Shown piece by piece: positions 7,813-17,046 of a DNA stretch of 32,309 nucleotides. The stretch is from the IMG/VR virus record IMGVR_UViG_3300024284_000079, positions 1 to 32,309 of that record; one strand, given 5' to 3'. Source of the stretch: a virus. Its lineage: Duplodnaviria; Caudoviricetes. The notes under the pieces are model-generated. The model saw only the letters and a list, made by a program, of their open reading frames with translations, was not told where the DNA came from and searched no databases. Position 1 is the stretch's first letter, and each line of letters opens with the position of its first letter. The position numbers were made by a program, and so were the translations under genes.

Positions 7813-8063
7813 CCGGCGGTCTGCTCGCCGGCGGCGGGGATGGCGAGGGCGGTGTGCAGCTTTACGACATAGCGGAGCATGCGCAGGCCTCGAGCGTCGG
7901 GGGCCGTGCCTCGCACGATCGAGGCGGTCGGAGCGTCGGGCGAGCTCGCCGGCGGGTGCCAGTAGCGCGTGTCGTTGCTGTAGCGGTATCCGGCGGCCGT
8001 GAGCGCCGCCATGGCGGCGCGGAACGTTGAGTGCGAGGTGAGCAGGGGGCCTACCGGAGACAT
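7809..8063 (-). CDS. Hypothetical protein
   Basis: Protein-like composition (GYRYSNDTRYWH). Last ORF in the late-operon direction. Confidence 0.5.
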   Translation of the reverse strand: MSPVGPLLTSHSTFRAAMAALTAAGYRYSNDTRYWHPPASSPDAPTASIVRGTAPDARGLRMLRYVVKLHTALAIPAAGEQTAG

Positions 8064-8124
8064 GCCCGCAGCATGGCGCAGCGGGCAGCGTCGGCGCCAT
8101 AGGCGTCGGTGTGTGGCGAGGTGG

Positions 8125-8508
8125 TTACGGGACGGGCGGCGGAGGCGGGACGGGCGGCGGCACCTCGACGTTTCGGAGGATTCGGGCTTGCAGCCAGGGC
8201 GACACGTAGACGGCGCCGCCGTAGGTCGCGGTGAACTGGCATCGGAAGATCCCGGCCTCGTTCACGTCGACAGCGACGGGCAGGTAAACGAGGTTGCCGT
8301 TGATGTCGCCGCTGCCGACGCCGCCGGGCAGCTTGGTTGCGCCGGTGTCGGCGTTGACCATGCGAAACTGAATGAACGCGTTAGTGAAGTCGATCGGCCG
8401 CAGGTACCACTCGGCGCGGTAGGTGTACGGCTCGCGAGTCGAGCCGACGTGCCGGTTGGGGAAGCGTTGGCCTAGGTCGAGATTTGCGGGCGTTCCGACG
8501 CAGCTCAC
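8125..8508 (-). CDS. BppU-N-like Ig-fold tail/baseplate accessory protein
   Basis: IDFTNAFIQFRM...GNLVY...DVNEAGIFRCQFTATYGG pattern. GAGG SD. Follows the fibre gene. Confidence 0.6.
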   Translation of the reverse strand: MSCVGTPANLDLGQRFPNRHVGSTREPYTYRAEWYLRPIDFTNAFIQFRMVNADTGATKLPGGVGSGDINGNLVYLPVAVDVNEAGIFRCQFTATYGGAVYVSPWLQARILRNVEVPPPVPPPPPVP

Positions 8509-8533
8509 AGCGGCACCTCTTGCGGGTTGACGG

Positions 8534-11500
8534 TCAGTACCAAACGAGCGCGGTCATGCCGGGCTGATGTAGCGCGGCCAAGGTCGTCCCGAAAAACGTA
8601 ACGCCAGCGCCTCCGGCCTCGAGCCATGTGAAGCTATTTGTTCCGACATTGTTGATTACTAAGGATAGCTGCGCGACGAGCAGTGCGGTGTCTGGCTTGG
8701 CTTCTGCGGCCGGTCTGCATATCTGCACAGAGCTATGCATGCCAATGGGCGTTGCGTTGTTGAAGCCGATGGCGACGGATGGTGAGACTGATGTTGCGCT
8801 GCTCGTGTTGCAGCTGCTCATGGCCTGGACATAGACCGGGTCTCCGGCTTGGCCGCTAACTGTGTCGATCTGCGCGTTGCTCGATGCGTTCGCTTGGCGA
8901 TAGCTCGTGCCCGTGTATGCATATGAGCTCGGCGTGCCGAAGCCGTTGAGCATGACGCTCGTTTGCAGCTTGTTGTCGACGTTCCAGTAGTCGATGCCGG
9001 CGGAGCCGCTGTCAGCGACTTGGTTGCGCGCGATGCGGTATGTGGTCGAGCTGCGCGCTCGCACTGTGCCGATGTAGCGGCGGGTGTTGTCGGCGTTCAT
9101 GACCCATACGCCGTTGCGGCGCGCAATAGAGGTGGCTCGCACGGTTGCGCTTGACCAGTTTTGCACCTCGAGCGCTACAGTGCCGCCCGTCTGGTAGGCA
9201 AATACATCGAAGGGAATGCCGGCGGAGCGTCCGCTAAGGCTGTACTGCAGCGCAGCCGTAGAGAAAAGGCGCCACGTTGTGGTGGGTATGTCATAGAGCG
9301 CGATGCGGTCGCCGTTGACGGGTGCAAGCCAGATTGAGCTATACGATCCATCGGCTGCGAAAGTGTCTGACGCGTTTGCGGCGAGCCGGAATCCGTTTGT
9401 TCGTGGGTCTGTGGCGAGCGCGCCTGCGTATGTCGGATAGTACGAGAACACCTCCCACACGCTCGAAACTACGGAATACATCCAGGTGATGCAGCCGTCG
9501 AACGAGCTGAAGGTCGCGCTGAGTGCGGCGGTTCGCCCTGCTGGGTCGCGAATTGCTTTTGGGGTCGCGGTGAGGGTGTAGTTGAAGGTCGAGCCGGGCA
9601 CGCATAATACGGTGATTTTGTCGCCATCCGCGGGCGCGGTAGGAAACGAGACGCTTGCTGTGCTGCTCAGTACCGACACTGTGCCGGCGGTAGGAGCTGC
9701 GGGACTCGGAGCGATCGCCCAAGGCGTGCCGGCTTTGATGCCGTCGAATTGCAATTTGTCGAGTGACGCCATGAACCCGCTTACACTGCTCGTTGCGAGG
9801 CCGGGCATGGCGTGCACGTGGTCGGCGCGCGCGAGCGACGTGGAGGATCCCGCAGCCTGCGCGCCGCCGACGGTGAGCGCCGTCGGCGCTGCCGTCGCGA
9901 TGTTGTGCAGGTGGTCAGCTCGCGCGAGCGATTGTGATGTGCCCTCGGTGTTCGTGCCGGTGGCCGATAGCGTCAAGGGGATGTTGGTCGCGACGTTGTG
10001 CACGTGGTCGGCACGTGCCGCCCCACTGGTAACGCCGGGGTGTGCAGCTCTGACATATACCTGGGTCGGGGTGCTGTCTGAGAGATGCGCGTATAGCTCG
10101 ACGTACTGGCTGCCGTCGTACGTCCATAGGCTATCGGTTGACTTTACATAGGCGACTTCGCCGCGGTCGAGCGTTTCGATAAACAGCCACGTAGCGCCGA
10201 GGCTTAGAAAGATGCCGAAGATCTCGCCAGTGAGCGGCGCGGGATCGTCGCCAACGAGCGGAGCGCCGCGGCCGTCGACTAGGATGTAGTCGCCTGCAAC
10301 GATGGTGATGCCGCTGACTGTCGAAGGTGGCGAGGACGCGTCAAAACCTACGCTCTCGTGCACCGCGACGCATATGGTCTTCCATGCGGACAGATGTTGA
10401 TGATCCTCGCGCGCGGCAGCGGTGCTCACGCCGAGGCTGTCTAGCCCGGTGTTCTCGAGCACGACAGTTGGCGCGGCGAGCGCGTGCACGTGGTCGGCCT
10501 TGCTGATCGAGGTCGAGCTGCCTGCAGCGCTCGAGCCGCCGACGGTGAGCGCGGGCGGCGCGGTCGAGCTCGCGGGCAGCGCGTGCACGTGGTCGGATAG
10601 CGCGAGCGTGGTGTTGACGCCGACGCTGTTGGTGCCGGCGAGCGTGAGCGCAACAGGCGTGCCGGCGGACGGCATTTGATGCCGATGGTCGGCGCGCGCG
10701 AGCGCGGTGCTCGTGCCGTCGAGCGGACTCGCACCGATCGGCAGCGCAACAGGTGAGCCAACGGTGACTTGGTGCCGATGGTCGGAGCGCGCGGCCGTAG
10801 TGGCGGCGCCGACGGCGGCGGCTGTTACGTCTGCAGCGATCGGTGTGGTGCTGCCGACGGCGGCGGCGCCGGTGGCCATGCCGTCGAGCCGGGTTTTATC
10901 GGCACCAGTGAAAAAGCCGGATGCGCCGCCGGCGACGGCTGCGGCGTGCAGCGTGCCGCCGCCTCGAGTGCCGTGCTGCGCGTCGGTCGCCAGCACGCCG
11001 ACTTGCACGGTGTCAGCGGCGACCACGATGGAAGCGTCGGCGTGCGCGACGACGTTGAGCGTGTTTCCGCTCTTGGTCATGCCGGCGCCGGCGGTGATTT
11101 GGCCGGCGCCGCTCACCTGCGTGAACGTCAGCGCGGTCGTGCCGAGTACGATCGGGTCGGGCGTGATGAGCGCCCAACCTGAGTCACTGTTGGCGGCGCC
11201 CTCGGTCGCGAACACGTAGAGGCCTGACGTGACTTTTGCCGAGGTGTCGGCGTCGGTCGTGCGTGCCCAAGCTCCGCCGGCGCTGGTCAGGTATAGGCCG
11301 TTGGCCGATGGCGTTGACTGCGCCGTGAGCAGCACGCGGTCGGCGGCTGTTGTCACGCCATCGATCACGACAGCGCCAGTCAGCGCGGCAACGTTGCTCG
11401 TCGCCACGAGGCGCACGGATGCCTTAGTGTCGAGGCCTTGCGCGATGGCGTCCGTGTAGGCCTTGGTCGCGACGTCTTGGGGGTTGCTAGGGTCGGCGAC

Positions 11501-13780
11501 GCCGCTGAGGCGCTGCGCATTGAATCCGACGGCCGAGCTCGCCACAGCGAGCGCGGTTTGCACGCGGGCGAACGTGACGACCTGAGCGCCGGCCTCGATG
11601 CCCGCAAGCTTGGTGAAGTCGGCGGCGGCCTGGAAGCCATCGGCTGCGCCGGTCGCGAGGCCGGGCATGGCGTGCACGTGGTCGGCGCGCACGAGCGACG
11701 TGGAAGCGCCAGCGTTAGCGGCGCCGCCGACGGTGAGTGCGGATGGCGTCGCGGTCGCCGGCAGCGCGTGCGTGTGGTCGCTGCGTGCGATGGTCGTCGC
11801 GACGCCGGCGGCGTTGGCGCCGGCGAGGGTCAGCGAGCTCGGCGTTCCGCTCGAGGGCGTCGAGTGCACGTGGTCGCTCTTGGCGAGCGAGGTGGCGGTG
11901 CCTGTAGCCTGCGCGCTGCCGATCGGCAGGGCGGCCGGGGCTCCGGTCGACACTGCGTGCACGTGGTCTGTGCGGGCCGCAGCGGTCGCGACGCCGACGG
12001 CTGCAGCGACGTCTGACACTGTGCTCGGCGCGGCGCTCGCGAGCTGTAGCGGCGTCTGCCAGGTCAGGGCGGTCGGTCCGGTCGCGGTGGGTACCTGACC
12101 GACGCTCGGAGCGGCGGCGGCGGAGGCGACGACGATGCTTGTGGCGGTGCGGATGCCGCTAGCCGTGCGGTCGTCGGAAAGTCTCGCATCGTTTCCCTGC
12201 GTGATGGTGCCGCCGGTGTTGCCGTAGCCGACGAGGGCGTGCACGTGGTCGGCTCGAGCGACGCTGCTCGAGCTGCCGCCGGCATTCGAGCCGCCGACAG
12301 CGAGCGCGCTAGGCGTGCCGGCGGGGATGTCGTGCACGTGGTCAGCTCGAGCGAGCGCCGTCGACGTACCGATCGCAGCGGTGCCGCCGGCGGGAAGGCT
12401 CGAGGGCGTGACGTTGGCGAGCACGCTGTGCACGTGGTCGGCTCGAGCGGCTGTCGTAGCGACGCCCTGTGCAGCGGTGGTGACGGTGATTTGCGTCGGC
12501 GCGGCGCTGGCCAGCTGGGTCGGCGTCTGCCAAGTCGCGGCGCTGGCGCCGGTCGCTGTCGGAACCTGACCGACGCTCGGAGCGGCGGCGGCCGACACGA
12601 CAACGGCGCCGGTGGCAGTCTTGAGCGAGCCGGCGACTTGAGGGTCGGCGAGCACGCCGGCGAGGCCGGTGACGTCGAGCTCGTCGGTGCCGCCGTTCGC
12701 GTGAGTGCTGCCGTGCGCAACGGGCGGGCGGTTGTCGACGTAGGTCTTGTTAGTCGCGTCTGAGTTGGCTGTCGGAGCTCCCACCGACGTAATGCGCTGA
12801 CCGTTGACGCTGATCGGGGCGGCTGCGGCGGCGAGCGTGGCGATGGTGGGGTCGGCGCCGGGCGTGATGCCGTCGAGCTTGACCTTGTCGAGACTACTCT
12901 GAAAGCCGGCCGAAACCGTCGTAGCGGCTTGATGCTGCGTGCCGCCGCCTCGAGCGCCGTGCTGTGCATCGGTGGCGAGCGTGCCGACTTGCACGTCGTT
13001 GGGGCCTACCACGATTGAGCCGTCGGCGTTGCCGACTACGTTGACGGTGGGGCCTGACTGTGTGAGGCCGTCGCCGGCGATGACAGCGGCAGCGGTGACG
13101 TCTGCCAATCGAGCGGCGTCGGTCGGCGCGGTGGGCTGCGCGAGGTCGATGACCTTGTGGCCGCTCATGTCGAGCGCGCCAAGCATGCTGTGCGAGCCGT
13201 CGCGAAACACGAGGTCCTCGACGAACGCGGGGTCGAGCTTGGCCTCACTGATGGCGCCGTCGGGGATGGTGCTGATCGAGCCGGCGCCGATGCTCTCGAG
13301 GGTCTCGACAACCTCGCGGTGGAAGTCGACGAGCGGCCTGTTAGTCGCGCCCTCGTTCATTTCTGTGATGTCGATGCTCGGCACGGTGGCGACGAGCTGC
13401 GCGTTGGGGTCGGTGCGTTCGGACAGCGCAGGGTATTGCAGCGCGTAGCCGGGCGAGCGCACTGAGATGCGGCGTGTGACGCTGTCGACGACAACGCCGC
13501 CGACGACGGCGTTGCAGCGCAGCCGAAACGGCCCCCAACAGCCGAGCAGAAAGTCGAGCGTCCACAGCTCGGGCGACAGCTGCGTCAGCAGCGGGCTCGA
13601 GCCGGGCGCCTCGTCGAGCAGCACGAGCTCGATGGTCGAGGCGTCGGGGATGCCGCCGACGCTGATCTGCACAGCGTTCGCGCGGCCGGCGGCGCCAACG
13701 TCTGAATAGATGTCAGTGCGCCCTTGGTCGTTGCCGCCGGGCGGCAGGAACTCTTGATTGAACGTGAGCGTGAGTGCCAT
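8534..13780 (-). CDS. Long tail fibre protein (1748 aa)
   Basis: Follows the baseplate genes and has a GAGG SD. Ala/Gly/Thr/Ser-rich, with 15 DHxH repeats and three YadA-stalk-like motifs (e.g. QRITSVGAPTANSDATNKTYVD). Confidence 0.88.
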   Translation of the reverse strand: MALTLTFNQEFLPPGGNDQGRTDIYSDVGAAGRANAVQISVGGIPDASTIELVLLDEAPGSSPLLTQLSPELWTLDFLLGCWGPFRLRCNAVVGGVVVDSVTRRISVRSPGYALQYPALSERTDPNAQLVATVPSIDITEMNEGATNRPLVDFHREVVETLESIGAGSISTIPDGAISEAKLDPAFVEDLVFRDGSHSMLGALDMSGHKVIDLAQPTAPTDAARLADVTAAAVIAGDGLTQSGPTVNVVGNADGSIVVGPNDVQVGTLATDAQHGARGGGTQHQAATTVSAGFQSSLDKVKLDGITPGADPTIATLAAAAAPISVNGQRITSVGAPTANSDATNKTYVDNRPPVAHGSTHANGGTDELDVTGLAGVLADPQVAGSLKTATGAVVVSAAAAPSVGQVPTATGASAATWQTPTQLASAAPTQITVTTAAQGVATTAARADHVHSVLANVTPSSLPAGGTAAIGTSTALARADHVHDIPAGTPSALAVGGSNAGGSSSSVARADHVHALVGYGNTGGTITQGNDARLSDDRTASGIRTATSIVVASAAAAPSVGQVPTATGPTALTWQTPLQLASAAPSTVSDVAAAVGVATAAARTDHVHAVSTGAPAALPIGSAQATGTATSLAKSDHVHSTPSSGTPSSLTLAGANAAGVATTIARSDHTHALPATATPSALTVGGAANAGASTSLVRADHVHAMPGLATGAADGFQAAADFTKLAGIEAGAQVVTFARVQTALAVASSAVGFNAQRLSGVADPSNPQDVATKAYTDAIAQGLDTKASVRLVATSNVAALTGAVVIDGVTTAADRVLLTAQSTPSANGLYLTSAGGAWARTTDADTSAKVTSGLYVFATEGAANSDSGWALITPDPIVLGTTALTFTQVSGAGQITAGAGMTKSGNTLNVVAHADASIVVAADTVQVGVLATDAQHGTRGGGTLHAAAVAGGASGFFTGADKTRLDGMATGAAAVGSTTPIAADVTAAAVGAATTAARSDHRHQVTVGSPVALPIGASPLDGTSTALARADHRHQMPSAGTPVALTLAGTNSVGVNTTLALSDHVHALPASSTAPPALTVGGSSAAGSSTSISKADHVHALAAPTVVLENTGLDSLGVSTAAAREDHQHLSAWKTICVAVHESVGFDASSPPSTVSGITIVAGDYILVDGRGAPLVGDDPAPLTGEIFGIFLSLGATWLFIETLDRGEVAYVKSTDSLWTYDGSQYVELYAHLSDSTPTQVYVRAAHPGVTSGAARADHVHNVATNIPLTLSATGTNTEGTSQSLARADHLHNIATAAPTALTVGGAQAAGSSTSLARADHVHAMPGLATSSVSGFMASLDKLQFDGIKAGTPWAIAPSPAAPTAGTVSVLSSTASVSFPTAPADGDKITVLCVPGSTFNYTLTATPKAIRDPAGRTAALSATFSSFDGCITWMYSVVSSVWEVFSYYPTYAGALATDPRTNGFRLAANASDTFAADGSYSSIWLAPVNGDRIALYDIPTTTWRLFSTAALQYSLSGRSAGIPFDVFAYQTGGTVALEVQNWSSATVRATSIARRNGVWVMNADNTRRYIGTVRARSSTTYRIARNQVADSGSAGIDYWNVDNKLQTSVMLNGFGTPSSYAYTGTSYRQANASSNAQIDTVSGQAGDPVYVQAMSSCNTSSATSVSPSVAIGFNNATPIGMHSSVQICRPAAEAKPDTALLVAQLSLVINNVGTNSFTWLEAGGAGVTFFGTTLAALHQPGMTALVWY

Positions 13781-13799
13781 GGGTTACCTCGCCGGATAG

Positions 13800-14399
13800 T
13801 TAGGTGACACTCGCGAGCACGCCGCCGACGAGCTGGTCGACGTCGGAGGTGCCGCGCTGCACGTCGAGCTCGGGCGCGAGCGCTGCGTCGCCGAGGGTGA
13901 ACACGAGGCCGGGGTCGACGACGGACGAGATGGTCTCGATGCGCACGCCGGCGGCCTTGGCCTGCTTGTACATGGCGCCGAGCTGGCCGGCGGTCTTGAG
14001 GTCCACAGGGCCGATGAGCTCGACGGTGATGGTGCCGGGGTAGAACTCGAGCAGTCGAGTCGTGACTGCCGCCGGCAGCACAGCTCGAGCGAGCGCGAGC
14101 AGGTCGGGCGGCGTGCCGTTCGATTGCAAGAGCCGAGTGCGAGCGGTGATCCACAGCCGATACTCGGCGTCGGTGCGCCCTTGCCTCGGCTCGCCGACCA
14201 GGCCGCCGAGCATGTCGAGGGCGTCGCCCGCAGCCGCCGGCAGCATGGTTCCGATGTACAGATCCCAGTAGGCGTTTTCGAGGGTCTGCACCTCGGTCAG
14301 GTACGTCGCGAGCAGCGCTTGAAACAGCGGCTGCCGCAGGTCGTAGATCGGCAGCGCTTGGCCGTCGATGACGACAGTCAGATTGTGAGCGAGGGTCAT
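13800..14399 (-). CDS. Baseplate wedge protein (DUF2612/gpI-like)
   Basis: AAGDALDMLGGLVGEPRQGRTDAEYRLWI...SNGT. Downstream of baseplate J. Confidence 0.8.
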   Translation of the reverse strand: MTLAHNLTVVIDGQALPIYDLRQPLFQALLATYLTEVQTLENAYWDLYIGTMLPAAAGDALDMLGGLVGEPRQGRTDAEYRLWITARTRLLQSNGTPPDLLALARAVLPAAVTTRLLEFYPGTITVELIGPVDLKTAGQLGAMYKQAKAAGVRIETISSVVDPGLVFTLGDAALAPELDVQRGTSDVDQLVGGVLASVT

Positions 14400-15580
14400 G
14401 GCGGCACCCAGTTTGCGCCGGTGAATGTGGCCACGTCGCGCGGTCCCATGACGAGCGTGGCGTCGGGCGAAGCCGGGATCGCATCGGGCGGCAGCGCCGG
14501 TGCGATGGCGATGTCGAGCGTGACGTTTACGACGCCCTTGACGTCGGCCGCTACGCTGAGCATGCGCACGAGGTAGACGGGGTCACCGATGCCGAAGTGC
14601 ATCGGGTGCAACGGGTCGACGCTCGCGAGCTCGAGGGCGGTGCGGATGCTGTTTGCGACGTAGGTGCTGTCGGTCACAGCGAGGTAGTTGACGTTTACGA
14701 TCTTGCTCACAGGGCGCGAGAAACGCACCACATGCGTCACGCCCTCGGTGTCGGTGATGATGACTGAGGTGGTGCCATGGGTCTCGATGCCGGCCGGCTT
14801 GTTGCCCCATATGCTGAGCGCGATGATGGTGTCGTCGCCGCCACTGACCACGATCTCGAACGAGTGGCCGGGCATGCCGCCGACGGGTACGTCGAGGACG
14901 TTTTCGTAACCTCGCACGGTGACGACGTTCGGCAGCAGCCGGACGTCGGCGACGATGCCGGCGAGCGTGCCGCCCTCGGTGGTGTCACGCACCTCGGCTT
15001 GTCTGAGTCGATACTCCTCGTCGGTCTCGACGTTGCGGCCGGGGATGACAGCGCCGGGGTTGTCGACAGCTGTCCATCCGCTCGCCGGCGATTCGATTTT
15101 GGTGAGCGTGTGCGCTGCCGCCGTCAGCTGCCCCGCTGTTTCCGCCTCGGCGGCGACGGGAAAGACGCCGCCGAGGGTCACAGGCGACACGAGCGCGACC
15201 TTGGTCACGAAGCGGGTCAGAGGGCGCAGCGGGTCACTGACAACGCTGCCGGCGGGGATGCTCGTGTTAGCCGCGAGCGTCAGGTTGAGGATGGTCTGCG
15301 CCTTGGTCGCCGGCAGTCGAGTTACACCTGTCAGTGACCCATTGTGATCGGCTGCGACGCCCTCTGCGGTTTCGGGGTCGTGCGCTGCGTAGAGCTCGCC
15401 GCCGAGTTCCCACACTTTCGCGAGCTCGGTGGCGAACGACATGTTGAGGTTAGCGATGACGCCGGTTGAGCTCGTGTTGAGCGTGCCGTCGATGGTGCTG
15501 CGCTGTGCGGCTTGCAGGTCGACGAGGATCTCGGCGATGGTCTTGGGGACAAACCCTGTCGGCGTGAGGCCTGCTGTCAC
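14396..15580 (-). CDS. Baseplate J/gp47 family protein
   Basis: GLTPTGFVPKT, AEGVAAD, GRNVETDEEYRLR, GMPGHSFEIVVSGG motifs. Confidence 0.92.
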   Translation of the reverse strand: MTAGLTPTGFVPKTIAEILVDLQAAQRSTIDGTLNTSSTGVIANLNMSFATELAKVWELGGELYAAHDPETAEGVAADHNGSLTGVTRLPATKAQTILNLTLAANTSIPAGSVVSDPLRPLTRFVTKVALVSPVTLGGVFPVAAEAETAGQLTAAAHTLTKIESPASGWTAVDNPGAVIPGRNVETDEEYRLRQAEVRDTTEGGTLAGIVADVRLLPNVVTVRGYENVLDVPVGGMPGHSFEIVVSGGDDTIIALSIWGNKPAGIETHGTTSVIITDTEGVTHVVRFSRPVSKIVNVNYLAVTDSTYVANSIRTALELASVDPLHPMHFGIGDPVYLVRMLSVAADVKGVVNVTLDIAIAPALPPDAIPASPDATLVMGPRDVATFTGANWVPP

Positions 15581-15996
15581 AATGCACCTGCGATGTCGGC
15601 TGTGGGTTGAGGCGCGAGCGGCGGGCTCGTGGTGAGCAGGATGTCGCGGTACACGAGGACGGCCGTTCCGTCGTCGGCGATGAGCGTCGCTTGCACCGTG
15701 AGCGTGCGCGATGGCGAGTCGAACGCGAGCGCGAGGCGCGAAACGCGTTTGACGCCGGCGGTCTCACTCAACACTTGCTCATACACAGCGCGGATCACGG
15801 TCTCGGGCGGTCGGCGGTCGAAAAACAGCGCGCGGTAGTCGATGCCGACACGCAGGTCGAGGGGCCACTCGCCGAGGAAAAGAGCGACGCGCAGGTTGGC
15901 GTCTTGAGCGACGGCCTCGGGTCCTCGGATGAGCTTTAGGTCGCCGGCCTCGATGACGATGTCGCCTGTAAGCGGGTTGAGTGCGAGGTCGGTCAT
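15577..15996 (-). CDS. Baseplate sheath initiator (gp25/Mu gp46-like)
   Basis: DLALNPLTGDI...FLGEWPLDLRVGIDY. Sits between spike and J. Confidence 0.82.
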   Translation of the reverse strand: MTDLALNPLTGDIVIEAGDLKLIRGPEAVAQDANLRVALFLGEWPLDLRVGIDYRALFFDRRPPETVIRAVYEQVLSETAGVKRVSRLALAFDSPSRTLTVQATLIADDGTAVLVYRDILLTTSPPLAPQPTADIAGAL

Positions 15997-15999
15997 GCT

Positions 16000-16776
16000 T
16001 CATTTCTCGACGTAGACAACGCTCGAGCCGGTGGCGTCGTAGGTCTGCGGGATCGCTGTTGTGGCTGCGTCGAAAACGGTTTTAGGGACGACGGTTGGCG
16101 TCGCCGGCGCGGGCTGGCACGCTCCAAACGCGGTGCTCGTGGCCGTCTTGAGCGTGCTCAAGTCGGCGCGGATGTCGGCGATGGCCTCGTCGGCCTTGTC
16201 CGCTCGAGCGGCCTTGCTGAGCTGCGCGGTGTCGTTGGTGCCGAGGTAGATGAGGGTCGGCGTGATGTAGATGCGCTTGCCGCCCTCGCCACCTAGAACC
16301 ATGTCGCTCGAGCGGTTGCGCGCGAGCAGGTTGTTGAGTGGTGCGGGGCCGAGCGGTAGGGCGATGGCGCCGTCGAGCGTGTGCGGCTCGACGTCTTGGC
16401 ACGAGCTCGTGGTTTGATGCGTCTTGATGGCGGTCGCGAGCCAGTGGCGAATGCTCCGCTCGGAGAAAACGAGCGTGACGAAGTCGCCGACGTTGAGCGG
16501 CCAAGTGATGGCGAAGCCTCCGCCCTGCGGATAGGCGACGGGGACGCGTAGCAGGATCGGCAGCTCCTCCTCGAGGTAAGGCACTGCGGCGTCTGGGTCG
16601 GCGTCGGTGGCGAGGGCGTGCCGCAGGCATGGCCGCACGTCGACGAGCTGGCCGAGCTCGGGCGCGTCGGTGTAGACGTGCGTTACCTGTCCAGGCATGG
16701 ACGTGTGGACGTCGAGCAGGGCGCTGTCGATGGCGGTCTGCAGCAGCTCGGCCCATTCGGGGGTTGTCTGCAGCAT
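16000..16776 (-). CDS. Baseplate spike protein (Gp138-N-like)
   Basis: VHTSMPGQV...VPVAYPQGGGFAITWPLNVGDFVTLVFSERSI...HTLDGAIA. Confidence 0.88.
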   Translation of the reverse strand: MLQTTPEWAELLQTAIDSALLDVHTSMPGQVTHVYTDAPELGQLVDVRPCLRHALATDADPDAAVPYLEEELPILLRVPVAYPQGGGFAITWPLNVGDFVTLVFSERSIRHWLATAIKTHQTTSSCQDVEPHTLDGAIALPLGPAPLNNLLARNRSSDMVLGGEGGKRIYITPTLIYLGTNDTAQLSKAARADKADEAIADIRADLSTLKTATSTAFGACQPAPATPTVVPKTVFDAATTAIPQTYDATGSSVVYVEK

Positions 16777-16782
16777 GCGGGG

Positions 16783-16983
16783 TTAGTCCTCGACGAGCTG
16801 GTCGTCGTCGGGGTCAGAGGCGAGCGAGGCGGGCGGCTGCGGGGCCTCGGCCTCGCCCTCGGCTGCGTCGCCGAGCTCGACGTCGACGGGCTCGAGCTCG
16901 GCGGCAGGAGGCTCGACGGGCAGGTCGGCGGTGATGTCTTCGGGCGAGGCGGCTGTTTCCGGGGTTTCGGGCATGCTCAGCAT
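16783..16983 (-). CDS. Small acidic Pro-rich protein
   Basis: Fills the hub-spike gap in operon orientation. Start at 16983 or 16974. Confidence 0.45.
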   Translation of the reverse strand: MLSMPETPETAASPEDITADLPVEPPAAELEPVDVELGDAAEGEAEAPQPPASLASDPDDDQLVED

Positions 16984-16995
16984 GTACCGCGCTGC

Positions 16996-17043
16996 AGCTC
17001 GAGGGCACAAGAGCACGAGGGCGCGAGCGGCCGAGGCCTCGAG
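16996..17043. repeat. 8-bp-phased box array inside the tail operon
   Basis: CGAG, CAAG, CGAG, CGAG, CGAG, CGAG at 17000+8n. Shares an exact 23-mer with 2193-2215. Confidence 0.75.
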
Positions 17044-17046
17044 CGT

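Noticed and set aside
7809-8508. Lysis cassette after the tail fibre
   Set aside because: No recognisable endolysin, holin or spanin features. Lysis genes may lie outside the window.
8534-13780. Diversity-generating retroelement or invertible fibre cassette
   Set aside because: No reverse transcriptase or recombinase is present. The repeats are direct, both within the ORF, and the 50-bp pair differs at only one position, so there is no template/variable pattern.
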